NCBI GenBank assembly: GCA_905178155.1
Contig: CAJINV010000005.1
Span: 4,009,556-4,073,555 of the forward strand
Reading direction: 5' to 3'
Length of the DNA stretch: 64,000 bases
Source of the DNA: Amoebophrya sp. A120
Lineage: Eukaryota; Protista; Dinoflagellata
Shown here: piece after piece, positions 61,419 to 64,000 of the stretch
Layout: each line of letters begins with the position of its first letter
Position numbering within the stretch: position 1 is the stretch's first letter
The notes under the pieces: model-generated
Database searches by the model: none
What the model was told of the DNA's origin: nothing
Seen by the model: only the letters and a program-made list of their open reading frames with translations
Made by a program: the position numbers and the translations under genes

Positions 61419-63575
61419 TCAGCCTTGATCTGCTCGCACAATATCTTGAGAAAAGTAGGGCAGCAATGCGACGCGAAGAACATTCCTGTGTTCAATTGGA
61501 GTGAGGTCTTCCTTGGAATCGTTGCGCGGCCGCACAAACCCGATTTTCACACAATCTTTTTCCTTATCGCAGTGCAGCACATAAGCCGGCGTGCACTTGC
61601 TTGTCTTCTTCTTGTTTTTGTGCCTGCTTCGCGGTCCCAGTCTGTTCATGGCGTGTGCTGAAATCATCTGGGTTGATCTTTTCCGCTCGTTGGTCTCCCG
61701 GAAAGTCTCGGCGTCCCTAGTGAATTTTTTCCATTTCGAAGACAACAGACAGTCAAGTATTTGCGCGCAGGCATATCGCTCCTCTTCGTCAACAGGGAAT
61801 GGCGACCCCGGCTCGTGGTCATTCGTGGCAGCCGGCAAACCTTCTGGCGCCAGAGCCAGAGGTGGGTGTGAGGTGGCATTCTCATGTTTTTTTGTGTCAA
61901 CGCAAAGATCAGAAGTGGAGCCAGGAGAAGCAGAACACCGTGCGCGTTCTTCCGGGTGTGTCGTATCACCGGGGGGTCTCTGCAGTGTCGGGTTCCTCCA
62001 CCTGTCGGACTCCCACTGCAAGCCCTTTCCACCAAGTAGTTTTTTTCGAATCAGACACTGAATTCTTTCTTTCCTCCTGTCCAACACGCCCATATTGCAG
62101 TTCTCGTTCGTAGTACTAGTGCCATCGTCTTGATGTTGTTCGCTGACAAGTTCCTCGAGCACCGCCGTCCGAACATGCACGAGATCTCCAATATGCAGGG
62201 TTCGCTCGAGTTCGGGTACAACAGGAGCCGGGAATGGCAGCCGCATTGTTCCACCTCTGCTCGCAACAGCACCAGCGGGGCTTTTGAACACCCGAGTGAA
62301 GCGAGCGCGGTGCGAGAAGTCGGATTTCTGCACTAGATCGCCCACCAAGCGTCGCCGCTTTTTGTTCCTTTTGTCAGTCACTTTCGGCCTTGCGGTGCCT
62401 TTACTTATTTTCAGCAGTTCTTTTTCCTCCTTTTCTTTCTGCTTCTTGAGCTTCAGCTGCTCTCGTCGCCGAATACGTTGCACCGCGCCGCTCTCGGGCT
62501 GACGCGTGTTCCATTTCACCGCCGGGACGACCATATTCATATTCACATCAGCTTGTTCCCAGCGTCTGCTCCTTGAGCCGGCCACAGATTTCAGTTCGTC
62601 GTGGTCATCTTCTGCCCCCGTCCAAGCTTTCAACGCATCTGCGGAACAATTGGAAAAAATGCGGGACGCCTGCGCGTGAGGCAGCAATAGCGCGGGCGGG
62701 CAGTCGTCCGCTGTTTTTTCCGGTTCATGTTGTTCCCGGGGGCGTGGGAAGCTCCGCAGATTTTGTTGAACTTTGCCTTCTTGAGAGTGGTTGCTGCACA
62801 ACGCTGTGGAAGAGAGCATTTGGCTCTGTTCGTGATATGCATCAAGCGCCTTGGCTGCAGAGTCGTGATCTGGAAAGTACACGTAGGCAGTTCCGCGACA
62901 GAACCCGTCTGCATCCGTCAGAACCACACAACGCTCCACAACTTCATCTCGCCCGGGGAAAATGTAGCGCCGTACGCTCTTTTCTGTCGCAGATGAGGGC
63001 AGGTCGCGGACCACCAAAGACCTCAGACGCTTGTTTATTAGGCCGGTGCTGGCATCTTCCGGCGGGATGTTGCCGAAGCTTCTTGTTGAGCCCTTTCGTG
63101 GTCGCAAGAGCTCGCCGTTGGCTAACGCTGACCCACGTTTTACGCCGTCTACGGCAGAAAAATAACGGCTTGAGCACTTTTCTTCTTCCAGAACCAGCGG
63201 CGATCCTTGTCTCGCGGCCAGAGCGGGCAGGTCGGCCCGCGCTCCCTCTCCATCCCCGCCTCGACACTTTTTCATTATTTTCCCGCTTGCTCGTCCAGGT
63301 TGAGTATTTTTCGAGGTTTTGTCGTCCCTTTCGCGCGTCGGTAATGAAGAAGTTGCGCCGCCCTGGCTTTGCGGTGCACATGATCCCAGCTGCGTGCGGC
63401 TGCTTGTACAGCTAGTTGTAGTGTTTGAAACTACCTTGTTCTTCTGGCGGGTGCTTGAGCTTGTTTGATTCGATGAAGCGGCATTGTTGTGCGCGCCCGC
63501 GTTCGGAGGTCTCGGCTTCGCCACAACGTAGCTCGTTGAAATCCACGCGTCGAGATCGTCAAGATCGTCCGGCAT
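61419..63575 (-). CDS. RRM-domain RNA-binding protein
   Basis: RSLVVRDLPSSATEKSVRRY...ERCVVLTDADGFCRGTAYVYF.DHDSAAKAL (RNP2/RNP1) within a 718-aa ORF with K/R-rich tracts. Confidence 0.8.
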   Translation of the reverse strand: MPDDLDDLDAWISTSYVVAKPRPPNAGAHNNAASSNQTSSSTRQKNKVVSNTTTSCTSSRTQLGSCAPQSQGGATSSLPTRERDDKTSKNTQPGRASGKIMKKCRGGDGEGARADLPALAARQGSPLVLEEEKCSSRYFSAVDGVKRGSALANGELLRPRKGSTRSFGNIPPEDASTGLINKRLRSLVVRDLPSSATEKSVRRYIFPGRDEVVERCVVLTDADGFCRGTAYVYFPDHDSAAKALDAYHEQSQMLSSTALCSNHSQEGKVQQNLRSFPRPREQHEPEKTADDCPPALLLPHAQASRIFSNCSADALKAWTGAEDDHDELKSVAGSRSRRWEQADVNMNMVVPAVKWNTRQPESGAVQRIRRREQLKLKKQKEKEEKELLKISKGTARPKVTDKRNKKRRRLVGDLVQKSDFSHRARFTRVFKSPAGAVASRGGTMRLPFPAPVVPELERTLHIGDLVHVRTAVLEELVSEQHQDDGTSTTNENCNMGVLDRRKERIQCLIRKKLLGGKGLQWESDRWRNPTLQRPPGDTTHPEERARCSASPGSTSDLCVDTKKHENATSHPPLALAPEGLPAATNDHEPGSPFPVDEEERYACAQILDCLLSSKWKKFTRDAETFRETNERKRSTQMISAHAMNRLGPRSRHKNKKKTSKCTPAYVLHCDKEKDCVKIGFVRPRNDSKEDLTPIEHRNVLRVALLPYFSQDIVRADQG

Positions 63576-64000
63576 CGTGCTTGCTGTCTGAAGAGTGGAC
63601 TCGCTATTGCTAATAAAATCTAACAGGCTGAGTGCAGCCGCGTTAGGCTGAGTGCAGCCGCGGCAAAGAAAATGTCAAACTCATACGTAAAGTAATTTTT
63701 TGAGTTTTGACCGCCGGTATCCAAAAGTACTTGAGTCGCCCAGCACATCCGGATCGCCCTTTCGATTCTGACTCTGAGGGTAAACGAAAGCCGCGCCTGT
63801 GGCTTGTTATCATTGGAAATGGAATCTTGTTCTTCACGCCGCACATTTGATTTCATATTTTCTGCTACTATACTTTTCGATTTGTTCGAGTGCTACTATC
63901 ACAAGTGGCGTCCTCGTCATCTCAGAACGAGTATCTTTATGATCATCTCATCTGCCACCTTCACGCCCGAAAAGATAGTGACATTTTTGCTTTTCGCCGT

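Noticed and set aside
63625-63662. 18-bp direct repeat upstream of the RRM gene as a regulatory site
   Set aside because: A single local duplication with no supporting recurrence.

Overview
Eukaryotic (alveolate) genomic DNA. All ~13 recognisable genes lie on the minus strand: an SMP-domain protein, a POP-type organellar DNA polymerase, a Sel1-repeat protein, a very large WD40 protein, glucose-6-phosphate isomerase, a SAC3/GANP (LENG8/THP3-like) protein, Romo1/Mgr2, mitochondrial EF-G1, an RRM protein and several hypotheticals. The dominant feature is 32 or more non-autonomous elements, mostly 190-390 bp, from about 8 families. They have terminal inverted repeats (TIRs), TA...TA ends and a 5-bp target-site duplication (TSD), which is degraded in old copies. 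They sit inside coding exons, and removing each element plus one TSD copy restores the reading frame, so they behave as introns (introners). Only 4 of the 32 can be drawn as GT-AG. This architecture matches what is reported for the parasitic dinoflagellate Amoebophrya (Syndiniales); that assignment is an inference. Further patterns seen here are an apparently fixed splice register inside the TSD, orientation-independent splicing, a GCAT(G/C/T)ACA motif shared across unrelated families, a ~10-nt micro-exon, and an introner enlarged to 2.3 kb by a hairpin satellite. All boundaries were read by hand and no transcript data were available.
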